A stretch of 39,964 nt of DNA from Candidatus Woesearchaeota archaeon (GTDB lineage: Archaea; Nanobdellota; Nanobdellia; Pacearchaeales; GW2011-AR1). Positions 31,204 through 39,803 of the stretch are shown here, one piece after another. Below the pieces are notes generated by a model. The model was given only the letters and a program-made list of their open reading frames with translations. It had not been told where the DNA came from and did not search any database. Both the position numbers and the translations under genes were made by a program. The first letter of the stretch is position 1. Every line of letters starts with the position of its first letter. The stretch covers positions 1-39,964 of the forward strand of contig CAYNOY010000004.1 in assembly GCA_964399015.1 (NCBI GenBank), read 5' to 3'.

Positions 31204-32460
31204 CTATTTACCCCAAAAATCCAAAGCTTCTTTCAACTCCAAATGATCCTTAGAATACTCTTTCAAACTCCTCTTCTGCATCACAGCCTCAACAGCCTGC
31301 CTAGCCGCAATAGCCCCTCTCAAAGTACCCTTGGGATGCCCATGAATTCCTCCACCCATCTGTATAACAATATCCCTCCCCAAATGTTTAATCAAATAAG
31401 GAACATGTCCTGGATGTAAACCCCCCGAACTCACACTCAGTGTAGATTTAATCTTTCCCCAATCTTGAGCTAAACGCCCCGGAGTAGCTTTAACTACTTT
31501 TTTCTCTATCTCTTCACTTATTTCACTAACCTCCCCTAAAGAACCTTCCAATTTCCCAACTGCAGTCCCAATATGCAACTGATCAACTCCAATCAAACGA
31601 GCAATATCTGCTAAGACCATCATACTCAAACCATGTTTTTTATTTCTAGTAAAAGCTGCATGCATTGCCCTATGCGCATGAAGGGCACATTTCAAATTAG
31701 CATCACGAAGAGTTTGCAAAGCCGAAAAACCTGCAGTAACAATGTCAATCATAACATATTTCCCCCCCTGCCCTTCAACCAATTCAGCACGCCTAATCAT
31801 CTCATTTGTCTCAGCAGTAACATTAACTAAGTAACCTTTCTCCTCACCTGTCTGAGATTTTGCCTTATCCGCCGCTTCCAAACAAGAACTCAATCTTTTC
31901 TCAAATTTATTAAAAGTCTGACTACTCAAATTCTCATCATCCTTAACAATATCACAACCTCCAATCCAAGATTGATAAGCAATATCAGTATGGTCCTTTG
32001 TATTCAACCCCAACTTAGGTTTAACAATCGTACCAACTAAAGGCCTATCTCTAACCTTCATCATTTTTCTTATCCCCTCAATTCCATACTTCGGACCTTT
32101 AAACGAATTAAGAATATCTTTCGGAATCTGTATATCATCCAACCTCAAATTCTTCACAGCTTTCATCCCAAAAATATTTCCTGCAATCGAAGATAAAATA
32201 TTCGGAGCATTACCTTTCTCAAACAACTCCTGAGGATACGCAATCTTTGCATAATTACCTTTAATAGAAAAAACCTTCGCAGCTAATTTATTCACATATT
32301 TTTTTTCATGCACATCTGTCCAAGTCCCAACACTCGACTCCAAAGCAACAGTAGCCACCGCATCTTTCATAGAAAGTTTATTAGGTTCAACTCTAAACAA
32401 ACAAACCAAGTCCTTCGATGAAGGCTTGTACTTCAAATCCAAAAAATCTGAGGGGTTCAT
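31204..32460 (-). CDS. rbcL: Ribulose-1,5-bisphosphate carboxylase/oxygenase large subunit, form III-type
   Basis: GTIVKPKLGL, GGCDIVKDDENL (carbamyl-Lys motif), HAHRAMHAAF, SSGGLHPG and QMGGGIHGHP. No small-subunit gene is present. Confidence 0.95.
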   Translation of the reverse strand: MNPSDFLDLKYKPSSKDLVCLFRVEPNKLSMKDAVATVALESSVGTWTDVHEKKYVNKLAAKVFSIKGNYAKIAYPQELFEKGNAPNILSSIAGNIFGMKAVKNLRLDDIQIPKDILNSFKGPKYGIEGIRKMMKVRDRPLVGTIVKPKLGLNTKDHTDIAYQSWIGGCDIVKDDENLSSQTFNKFEKRLSSCLEAADKAKSQTGEEKGYLVNVTAETNEMIRRAELVEGQGGKYVMIDIVTAGFSALQTLRDANLKCALHAHRAMHAAFTRNKKHGLSMMVLADIARLIGVDQLHIGTAVGKLEGSLGEVSEISEEIEKKVVKATPGRLAQDWGKIKSTLSVSSGGLHPGHVPYLIKHLGRDIVIQMGGGIHGHPKGTLRGAIAARQAVEAVMQKRSLKEYSKDHLELKEALDFWGK

Positions 32461-32461
32461 A

Positions 32462-32560
32462 TTATATCATCCCCACCATTTTCAAAATAACCCAAACTAT
32501 TATACTTGCCAATGCTATCCAAGCAATCACATCCCAAATATCCAACTCTTTTTTTACCAT
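32462..32560 (-). CDS. Mini hydrophobic peptide (32 aa)
   Basis: Not in the ORF track. MVKKELDIWDVIAWIALASIIVWVILKMVGMI. It ends 1 nt before the rbcL ATG and starts 1 nt after the upstream stop. Confidence 0.4.
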   Translation of the reverse strand: MVKKELDIWDVIAWIALASIIVWVILKMVGMI

Positions 32561-32561
32561 A

Positions 32562-32831
32562 TTAAATATTAGACAAATGTTCTTTAAAATCTTTTGCTAA
32601 GCAATAAAATTGTTTTGATAAATGATTATGGTCTGATTTTAATTGCACTAAATTAAAGGCTATAGTAAATGTTAAACCAATATTAAAAAATAACATCGTT
32701 ATAATTATATCCTCAGTTTCCCAAGAATGGCCGGTTATTTTTAAGATTATTTGATAGGCAATAAATAAACCAAAGACTGAAAGAGATATTATCAATATGG
32801 TTTGTAGGACCTCAAATATTTTTAGATTCAT
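32562..32831 (-). CDS. Small membrane protein (89 aa, 2-3 TM helices)
   Basis: Hydrophobic ORF, tightly packed with its neighbours. Confidence 0.5.
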   Translation of the reverse strand: MNLKIFEVLQTILIISLSVFGLFIAYQIILKITGHSWETEDIIITMLFFNIGLTFTIAFNLVQLKSDHNHLSKQFYCLAKDFKEHLSNI

Positions 32832-32832
32832 T

Positions 32833-32934
32833 TTATAGATTTTTAGTTATCAACCAAATAATAATCAAAATCATAAGTAAAACTGTCACACCTAACAAAA
32901 ACCAATAAGCTCCCTCTTTTATCTTTTTTACCAT
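32833..32934 (-). CDS. Mini hydrophobic peptide (33 aa)
   Basis: Not in the ORF track. MVKKIKEGAYWFLLGVTVLLMILIIIWLITKNL. It has the same MVKK start as the 32462..32560 peptide. Confidence 0.4.
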   Translation of the reverse strand: MVKKIKEGAYWFLLGVTVLLMILIIIWLITKNL

Positions 32935-32964
32935 ACCCTTAACAACAAAACTCACTTTTTATAT

Positions 32965-33378
32965 TTATCTCCGAACAAAATACTTTTCACTAATCCTATA
33001 AAAAACAAACGCCAAAACAATCAAAACTCCAAACAACAGAATCGTAGGAAATAAATTATTATAATAATTAAAAATTTCATCTGCTCTTGTACCACTCTTA
33101 AACAACCGTGACACAAATCCATCAAAATAAGTTCCAAATCCAAAACCAACCAAAGCAATCAAAAAATTATTTACCCTATAAAAAATAAAAATCAACATAA
33201 CAATCAAAACCAAAAACATCCCATAATGATAATGATGAATATTCAAACCAGTCACACCTCTAAGAAACGAAACCTTCTCAACTCCTGAAAATAAATAAAC
33301 CCAACCTCTCCAAAAAATGAGCGAGACAATCAAAGATATAGAAAACACCATTAACTTATCCAATCTCTTTTCATACAT
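32965..33378 (-). CDS. Membrane protein (4 TM helices), hypothetical
   Basis: ORF 32965..33387. ATG at 33378 (MYEKRLDKL...). Confidence 0.6.
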   Translation of the reverse strand: MYEKRLDKLMVFSISLIVSLIFWRGWVYLFSGVEKVSFLRGVTGLNIHHYHYGMFLVLIVMLIFIFYRVNNFLIALVGFGFGTYFDGFVSRLFKSGTRADEIFNYYNNLFPTILLFGVLIVLAFVFYRISEKYFVRR

Positions 33379-33429
33379 AAATCTCAAAGAAAATAAGAGT
33401 TTATAAGAATTGTTTCGATATAATGATTA

Positions 33430-34764
33430 TTACAAAACACCAACCTTCACACCCTTCTCACCATCACTCACCTGATAACCTTTCTCCGCAATCTCCTCCC
33501 TCAACTTATCAGCCTTACCCCATTCTTTCTCCCCCCTAGCTCTCTCCCTCTCTTCAACCAATTTCATAACATTCACAGGAACCTCAATTTTCTCAACATC
33601 CAACAACCCCAATCCAAAAACCTTATCCATTTCACGAACAGCACCAATCTTCCCACTCGCCTTAACATCCCTCAACAATCCCCACAAAACCTGCAACCCT
33701 TTAACAGTATTCAAATCATCATCCATAACTCGCCCAAACTCCTTCAAGTATCCAGCATTAACCTTCCCATCATCTTCAATCCCAGAAATAATATTCTTCA
33801 ACCTCTCCAAAGAATTCTCAGCATTTTTCAAACTATTCAAAGTAAAATTTAACTGACTTCGATAATGGCTTGTCAAATACAGATACCTTAAACCCATCAT
33901 TGAATGCCCCAAGTCCATCAAATCCCTAAGCGTATAAAAATTCCCCAGAGACTTACTCATCTTCTTACCATTAACCATCAACCATTCAGTATGTAACCAA
34001 TAATTCACAAACTTCTTTCCAGTACATGCCTCAGATTGCGCAATCTCATTTTCATGATGCGGGAAAACCAAATCAACACCGCCAGTATGAATATCAAAAG
34101 GTTGTCCTAAATATTTCGAAGACATCGCAGAACATTCTATATGCCACCCAGGTCGACCTTTCCCAATCTTAGTCTCCCAAAAAACCTTCCCATCCTCAGG
34201 AGTATAAAACTTCCAAAGCGCAAAATCATTCGCATTCTCTTTATCATACTCATCATTATCAATCCGAACACTCGCCTTCAAATTCTCCAACTTCAACCGA
34301 GCCAACTTCCCATAACCTTTAAATTTCTTAATATTAAAATAAATTCCATCATCAGTTTTATAAGCAATCTTCTTATCCAAAAGTTTTTGAATAATCTTAA
34401 CCATCTCATCAATATGTTCAGTCGCCCTAGGATATTTCCAAGACTTCTCAATATTTAACACAGCCTCATCATCCAAAAAAGCATCAACATATTTCTTAGT
34501 ATATTCACTCAAACCATTTCCCTCCTCAATACTTCCCTTAATAGTCTTATCATCAACATCAGTTATATTAACAACTTTCTTAACCTTAAACCCAGAATAC
34601 TCAAGATATCGTTTCAAAACATCAGAAGCAACAAACGACAACCAGTTCCCAATATGCCCATAATTATAAACAGTCAAACCACAAGTATACAAACCAACCT
34701 TCGGAGCATTTAGGGGTTTAAACACTTCTTTTTTCCGACTTAAAGTATTGTATAGTTTTAACAT
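33430..34764 (-). CDS. cysS: Cysteinyl-tRNA synthetase
   Basis: HIGN (YNYGHIGNW) and KMSKS motifs. Start at MLKLYNTLSRKKEVF. Confidence 0.95.
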   Translation of the reverse strand: MLKLYNTLSRKKEVFKPLNAPKVGLYTCGLTVYNYGHIGNWLSFVASDVLKRYLEYSGFKVKKVVNITDVDDKTIKGSIEEGNGLSEYTKKYVDAFLDDEAVLNIEKSWKYPRATEHIDEMVKIIQKLLDKKIAYKTDDGIYFNIKKFKGYGKLARLKLENLKASVRIDNDEYDKENANDFALWKFYTPEDGKVFWETKIGKGRPGWHIECSAMSSKYLGQPFDIHTGGVDLVFPHHENEIAQSEACTGKKFVNYWLHTEWLMVNGKKMSKSLGNFYTLRDLMDLGHSMMGLRYLYLTSHYRSQLNFTLNSLKNAENSLERLKNIISGIEDDGKVNAGYLKEFGRVMDDDLNTVKGLQVLWGLLRDVKASGKIGAVREMDKVFGLGLLDVEKIEVPVNVMKLVEERERARGEKEWGKADKLREEIAEKGYQVSDGEKGVKVGVL

Positions 34765-34856
34765 ATGAATAAGTGGGAACAAGGGATTATAAATATTTCT
34801 CAAATCAAAACTTTTTAATACTATCCATCCTTCACCAACACATCAAGAGGTGCAAC

Positions 34857-36719
34857 ATGAATAGAATAACTAAAATCAATATAGCAATCTTCACAATACT
34901 TTCACTAGTTACTGTCATAACAAACATTCTAAAATACCAAGGAACCGGAAACCTCGCAATAATTTTCATGGTTCTAACATTTAATCTAAGTCTAAGCTTC
35001 TTACTAATTCCAACTGCAAGTCACATAGTAAAAATCTCCAAAAAAGGTTTCAGACTTTTCCTATTCTATCTAATCCTAATAACATTTTTCTACTGGTATC
35101 TAATAAGCACCTTACTGCATTGGTATTACGGCTCATTCATAAGTTTAGCAGGTCTTTATTATTTCATAGCAACTAGAACCTATCAAGCCACAATTCTCAT
35201 TTACATAACCTCTGCAATTTTAATCTTAGGCTTAAGTCTAATCCTTTTTTATTTCACAAGACAATACATATTTGAAGATTTACCAAAAAGAAAAATGAGC
35301 AAAAAATTAAAAATACTTTTAGTCGTAATGCCCCTAGCTATTTTAGTTTTAGTTTTAAACATCATACCTCAAGAAGACTTTTACCACTCATCTCCTGCAA
35401 TTGATATAATTTCACAATACACTTTAGCAGGACTTCCAACAGGACTCCTAACACAAAACAATTCTCTGGCTCAAGGAGAAAAATTATTCAACCAAGCCCT
35501 AGAAATAGAAAACCCCAATATAATTATAATAATGCTAGAATCTATTTCAGCAGAACATTTACCAATCTATGGCTATGAAAGAAACATAACTCCAAACTTA
35601 GATAAATTTTCAGAAAAAACAATCATCTTTGACAATGCCTATAGCACAGCATCACATTCAGATTATGCGCAACCCGGCTTCCTATCTTCAAGATATATCT
35701 TAACAAATGATTACCGAAATTTCTTTGACCAAAATTATCCCAGAGAATTCATATGGGACACTCTAAAAAATCAAGGCAATTACACAACAGCCTACATCTC
35801 TTCACAAGACGACAACTGGGCAAATATGATTCGTTATTATAATAAAGACACCTTAGACCTATATAGTTATTCTAGGACAGACAATCATTATGATTATGGT
35901 GGAGGCAATGCAAGAAAAGATTATGATGAACACACAATCCAAGAAACAATAAACTGGGTTAATCAAACCAAAGACAAGAACAATCCTTTTTTCTTATACA
36001 TAAATCTTCAAGCATCACACTACCCTTACGAATATCCAGAAAACAATAGTATATTCATCCCAGACAAAGTCTCCTACGAAACCAGCTATTTCAATATTGC
36101 AAAAGGAGATTACGAATCTAGTTTAAATGCCTATGACAATTCTATCTATTATACAGACAAACAAATAGGAAAATTATTAAACTTTTTAGAAAACAACAAA
36201 TTCCTAAACAACACAATAATCATCCTAAGTGCAGATCACGGAGAAACATTAAAATCAAACCACGGACTAAGGCACGGATTTGGAGTCTACGAAGAAGAAG
36301 TCAGAGTCCCTTTAATGATTTACTTACCCAATCAAAAACCAAAAATAATTCCTCAAAGAATCAAACGTTTAGATACAATACCAACCATATTAGACCTCAT
36401 TGGCTTCAACCTCTCAGAACAATTCCAAGGACAACCCATGAAAACAAATCAAAATATTTTCCTAACTGTCCAAAATCAAAACTTTAAAATAGGTTTAATA
36501 AAAGACAACATAAAATATATGCTGAATATGATAACACTCATACCTGAAACATACAATCTAACAGCAGACCCCCACGAACAAAACAACCTTATCACAAACC
36601 GAAAACAAGAAAGATATTATTTTTTCACATATGGATATATTTTATACAATTGGTATGAATGCCAAATAGATTATTATGAGGATGAGGGATGGAAGAATGG
36701 GGAAGTTATTGATTGTTGA
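34857..36719 (+). CDS. Sulfatase-superfamily membrane enzyme (LtaS / phosphoglycerol-transferase-like)
   Basis: N-terminal polytopic segment, then IIIIMLESISAEHLPIYGYERNITPNLDKF...SADHGE. The ATG at 34857 is preceded by GAGGTG. Confidence 0.8.
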   Translation: MNRITKINIAIFTILSLVTVITNILKYQGTGNLAIIFMVLTFNLSLSFLLIPTASHIVKISKKGFRLFLFYLILITFFYWYLISTLLHWYYGSFISLAGLYYFIATRTYQATILIYITSAILILGLSLILFYFTRQYIFEDLPKRKMSKKLKILLVVMPLAILVLVLNIIPQEDFYHSSPAIDIISQYTLAGLPTGLLTQNNSLAQGEKLFNQALEIENPNIIIIMLESISAEHLPIYGYERNITPNLDKFSEKTIIFDNAYSTASHSDYAQPGFLSSRYILTNDYRNFFDQNYPREFIWDTLKNQGNYTTAYISSQDDNWANMIRYYNKDTLDLYSYSRTDNHYDYGGGNARKDYDEHTIQETINWVNQTKDKNNPFFLYINLQASHYPYEYPENNSIFIPDKVSYETSYFNIAKGDYESSLNAYDNSIYYTDKQIGKLLNFLENNKFLNNTIIILSADHGETLKSNHGLRHGFGVYEEEVRVPLMIYLPNQKPKIIPQRIKRLDTIPTILDLIGFNLSEQFQGQPMKTNQNIFLTVQNQNFKIGLIKDNIKYMLNMITLIPETYNLTADPHEQNNLITNRKQERYYFFTYGYILYNWYECQIDYYEDEGWKNGEVIDC

Positions 36720-36742
36720 TTAGGTTAATTTAATTAAAAAAA

Positions 36743-37066
36743 TTATGCTTCATGCTTCATAGATTCTTGCAATATGCTCTTTACTCCTTTAACATATGTC
36801 TGAACATCCATCTGACAAAATCGCCTTATTTTTCTTGATTTTGGAAATATCATTTTTCCATTTGGGTCTCTTACTTGAATATAAGATCTACAATCAGAAT
36901 CCCCAGCGGGATTTTGACCATGGTCTATGTAAGGTGTTTCCTGAGTATTAAGTTGAACTCTTTCATTTAAAGAACTTTCAGATTCAAGAGCTTTTTCAAG
37001 TACCCCTACAACCTTTGGTAAATCAACTTTTAATCCAAAAACACTTATCCTATATTTTCCTTCCAT
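36743..37066 (-). CDS. Hypothetical protein (107 aa)
   Basis: ORF only. No motif recognised. Confidence 0.5.
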   Translation of the reverse strand: MEGKYRISVFGLKVDLPKVVGVLEKALESESSLNERVQLNTQETPYIDHGQNPAGDSDCRSYIQVRDPNGKMIFPKSRKIRRFCQMDVQTYVKGVKSILQESMKHEA

Positions 37067-37260
37067 TTTTATATTAGGTCATTAACCCTTTAAAAGAATT
37101 GGTATGTTCTAGGATAAAAATATAACAAATTAGTGAGGTACTCCAAATAAATACTTTCTTGCTAATTTGAATCTTTCGCAGTAGTAAGGCTGATTCTACT
37201 GAAAGAATTTATTGCTGAAGACATATCTCAATGATTAAATTCCCAACAACATTTCAATAA

Positions 37261-37318
37261 GTGGGACGGAAAGGGAAAGGCGTAAGCCGGCTTTCCGCGG
37301 AGGAGGAACAACACTCCC
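37261..37318. other. GC-rich palindromic / stem-loop element in the gatD-downstream spacer
   Basis: ggaaag(37274-79)/ctttcc(37291-96) encloses gc-GTAA-gc. There is a 10-nt perfect palindrome aagccggctt at 37284-37293, and ccgcgg follows. Confidence 0.25.
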
Positions 37319-37350
37319 AAATCCTAAAACAACAACAAAATCATCTATTC

Positions 37351-37356
37351 AAAAAA
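37351..37356 (-). terminator. Oligo-T tract downstream of gatD (archaeal-type terminator candidate)
   Basis: A6 on the plus strand equals T6 on the gatD strand. It lies about 16-21 nt after the gatD stop (37372-37374). Confidence 0.35.
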
Positions 37357-37371
37357 CTCCTCTCCAACCCC

Positions 37372-38667
37372 TCACTCACCTTCACCCAACTCCCACTCAC
37401 CACCCAATCTATCATTAAACTCTCCCCTCAAATTCTCCAACATCTTCTTCTTTGTAGCAACACTACCTCTCCACATCTTATGACCCAAAACCCAGCCCAA
37501 CTTTACAAATGCAGTCTCAGGCAAAATATCATTCAAAAAAACAACACCTTCTTCTTGCAACTTCCGACCAGGCGAATAAACATAAGGATCCAACCTACCA
37601 TACAAAGTCTGAGGAGCAGCATAAACAAACATCCCCATCTCAATAACATCCTTCAACTTAGGCAACCAATTATTCTTACCCTCTGAAATAACATGACCCA
37701 ACCCAGACATCTCCACAATAATCCCTTTGTAATTCTTTCTATAATAATCCAAAATCTTCGGATCTTGCCCAGGATAAAACTTCACCAAAGCAACACTATC
37801 ATCAAACAAATTATCAACTTCAACCTTCCTCTTACTACGCTTATTATGCTCACTAATCACTTCAATCTTATCAGGCCAAACTTTTGCAATCGGCTTACAA
37901 TTTATGGGCCTAAAAGTATCTCTCCGAGAAGTATGCATCTTCCGAACCTTAGTTCCCTTCAAAGCATAACAATATTCATCACTCGAATTAGCATGACCAA
38001 CCAACATAACTTCAGCAATATCCGAAAGCGCAGCATTTGCAGAACAAACTAAATTCAACCTACTATCCGAACTCCCCCTATCAGAAGACCTTTGAGAATA
38101 AGTCAAAACAACTGGCTTGTTCAATTTACCCAACATAAACGAAAGTGCCGAAGCAGTATAATGTAAAAAATCAGTCCCATGCGAAACAATCACTCCCTTA
38201 ACCTGCGGATCATTCAAACTCTTACCAATCGACTTCGCCAACCTAGCCCAATCATCAAAATCCATATTTTCTGAAGACTTCATAAACGGATGCTTTATCC
38301 TAATGTCTGCTCTCTCAAATATCTCAGGATAAATCCCAAACAATTCCTTAGCCTCAATCAACCACTTAACTCCCCCAGTCGTAGAATCCAACTTAGAAGA
38401 AATCGTCCCGCCTGTCAAATAAAAATCAATAATCGGCTTATCAGAATTAGACTTCAATTCCTTAGCTTCCTTAACCTCTTTCTGCTTCTCAACCAACTTA
38501 ATCTCAGAAATATCTTCCTTCTTAAAACCAAGATTATATCCATTCACCTGCTTCAACAAAAGCACTCCCCTATCATGAGACTCCAAAAGAATCCCAGATT
38601 CACTTTTTCCATTTATAGTTATCTCTACCTTATCTCCTGGTTCGGGTTTTTTGTAAAGTTTTTTCAT
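37372..38667 (-). CDS. gatD: Glutamyl-tRNA(Gln) amidotransferase subunit D
   Basis: N-terminal beta domain followed by an asparaginase-like domain (LTGGTISSK, VVSHGTDFLHYTA). 431 aa. Confidence 0.95.
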   Translation of the reverse strand: MKKLYKKPEPGDKVEITINGKSESGILLESHDRGVLLLKQVNGYNLGFKKEDISEIKLVEKQKEVKEAKELKSNSDKPIIDFYLTGGTISSKLDSTTGGVKWLIEAKELFGIYPEIFERADIRIKHPFMKSSENMDFDDWARLAKSIGKSLNDPQVKGVIVSHGTDFLHYTASALSFMLGKLNKPVVLTYSQRSSDRGSSDSRLNLVCSANAALSDIAEVMLVGHANSSDEYCYALKGTKVRKMHTSRRDTFRPINCKPIAKVWPDKIEVISEHNKRSKRKVEVDNLFDDSVALVKFYPGQDPKILDYYRKNYKGIIVEMSGLGHVISEGKNNWLPKLKDVIEMGMFVYAAPQTLYGRLDPYVYSPGRKLQEEGVVFLNDILPETAFVKLGWVLGHKMWRGSVATKKKMLENLRGEFNDRLGGEWELGEGE

Positions 38668-39161
38668 AATTCAAAAGACAAAAGAAGATTATTAAACTTT
38701 TCTCTAAGTCTTCCAACATCATTCATATTCAATCTTGATACAAAATCAAACAAATCGCTATTGAAATTTTCTGCAACCCCTATTGCTTCAATGACCTCCT
38801 CCTTTTTAATATTAAAATCAGTATAATATTGTTTATCGATTCTTTCTTTTTTGGCATATTTTATATCTGAGTTATCAATACCAAATAATTCATCTAATAA
38901 AATAATTGAAGCAGTATGGTTCTCACTTTTTATTCCAACCTTAAACAACAAAGCAATCACTAAATTATACATACTATAATAAGTCAAAGCTACTGCTTCC
39001 TCTAATTTATCATTTTTTAAAAGTATTTTAGCCGAGGATAAATTACTTTCTGATTTTTCAAAATAAGATTCTTTTATTTCTTCGCTAGGTTCTATCAAAC
39101 TAAGTTTTTCTTCATTTTTCAATCTAATCAAAAAATTCATTTTTTTCATAAAATTCTTCAA
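38664..39161 (-). CDS. HEPN-like (UPF0332-type) helical protein, the toxin-side partner of the MNT
   Basis: EKSESNLSSAKILLKNDKLEEAVALTYYSMYNLVIALLFKVGIKSENHTASIILL. It overlaps the MNT gene, and its TGA overlaps the gatD ATG (ATGA). The true start is uncertain (39161 or 39140). Confidence 0.6.
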   Translation of the reverse strand: MKNFMKKMNFLIRLKNEEKLSLIEPSEEIKESYFEKSESNLSSAKILLKNDKLEEAVALTYYSMYNLVIALLFKVGIKSENHTASIILLDELFGIDNSDIKYAKKERIDKQYYTDFNIKKEEVIEAIGVAENFNSDLFDFVSRLNMNDVGRLREKFNNLLLSFEL

Positions 39162-39672
39162 CCCCTTTAATTATTACATGATTTTTTTCAATCTCTTTTA
39201 TCAATAAACTCGATTTATTATATTTCCCAATTTTAACACTTAATTTTGAATTTATCTTTTCTATCTCTTTTTTTATAGCCCCATTCTTCGTCTCCAAATA
39301 AATATCAATATCACTATTTTTTGTAGAAGTTTCTTTTGTATAAGAACCAAATAATATCGCAAGTTTTATTTGTTTATTCTTTTGAATCTTTTCTATTACT
39401 AATCTCAATGAAGGATATTTTTTTAACAGTTGAATTAATTTATAATTTTCAGTTTTCAAAACATAAGATTTAGCTTCAATAGTTTTTTTCAAAAAATAAA
39501 TTTTATTTTTCCCCTGTTGCTTAAAATCAACTACATTTTCATTTAAAAGATTTTTTAGTTTTCTCACTACAATCATATGATTAGTATTTAGTTTCTTTGC
39601 TAATTCTCTCGCATGCCCCCTATCTTTCAATAACTCATTAATTATCTCAAGTTTGTAATTTTTCTGTTCCAT
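39124..39672 (-). CDS. Minimal nucleotidyltransferase (MNT) with an N-terminal winged-helix domain
   Basis: LFGSYTKETSTKNSDIDIY (GSx10-DxD) is preceded by an HTH-like ARELAKKLNTNHMIVVRKLKNL. Start at MEQKNYKLE. Confidence 0.8.
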   Translation of the reverse strand: MEQKNYKLEIINELLKDRGHARELAKKLNTNHMIVVRKLKNLLNENVVDFKQQGKNKIYFLKKTIEAKSYVLKTENYKLIQLLKKYPSLRLVIEKIQKNKQIKLAILFGSYTKETSTKNSDIDIYLETKNGAIKKEIEKINSKLSVKIGKYNKSSLLIKEIEKNHVIIKGVEEFYEKNEFFD

Positions 39673-39673
39673 A

Positions 39674-39702
39674 TGTAACACATATGTTACAATATATTTA
39701 AA
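39674..39702 (-). promoter_or_regulatory. Candidate operator palindrome plus TATA box upstream of the MNT-HEPN-gatD unit
   Basis: tgtaaca(39674-80)-cata-tgttaca(39685-91) lies immediately upstream of the MNT ATG. The TATA-like atatatttaaat at 39692-39702 lies about 25 nt from the ATG. Confidence 0.35.
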
Positions 39703-39803
39703 TGTTTCCAATATCCTATTTTCTCTCAGACTTTTAAACTCCAACAATTTATATCCCTATCCATAACAACAATCCTTAAAATCCAAACAGACCCAACTTA
39801 CCT

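Noticed and set aside
37274-37300. The minus-strand sequence GGAAAGCCGGCUUAC resembles RNase P RNA conserved regions (CR-I GGAAAGUCC, CR-V ...CGGCUUA).
   Set aside because: The match is produced by a self-complementary 10-nt palindrome (aagccggctt). Within about 300 nt there is no separate partner strand for P4, no CR-II/III/IV-like sequence and no plausible overall RNase P architecture.
37261-38826. Long plus-strand ORFs (37261..37686, 37693..38052, 38290..38826) antisense to gatD. Similar antisense ORFs include 19251..19799, 19172..19588, 17878..18294, 29776..30042, 30233..30619, 34141..34458 and 28490..28705.
   Set aside because: Each lies opposite a gene with strong family motifs. Their translations are low-complexity (Leu/Ser/Phe/Ile/Pro-rich) with no motifs. 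The strongly skewed base composition of the coding strand makes long stop-free antisense frames expected.
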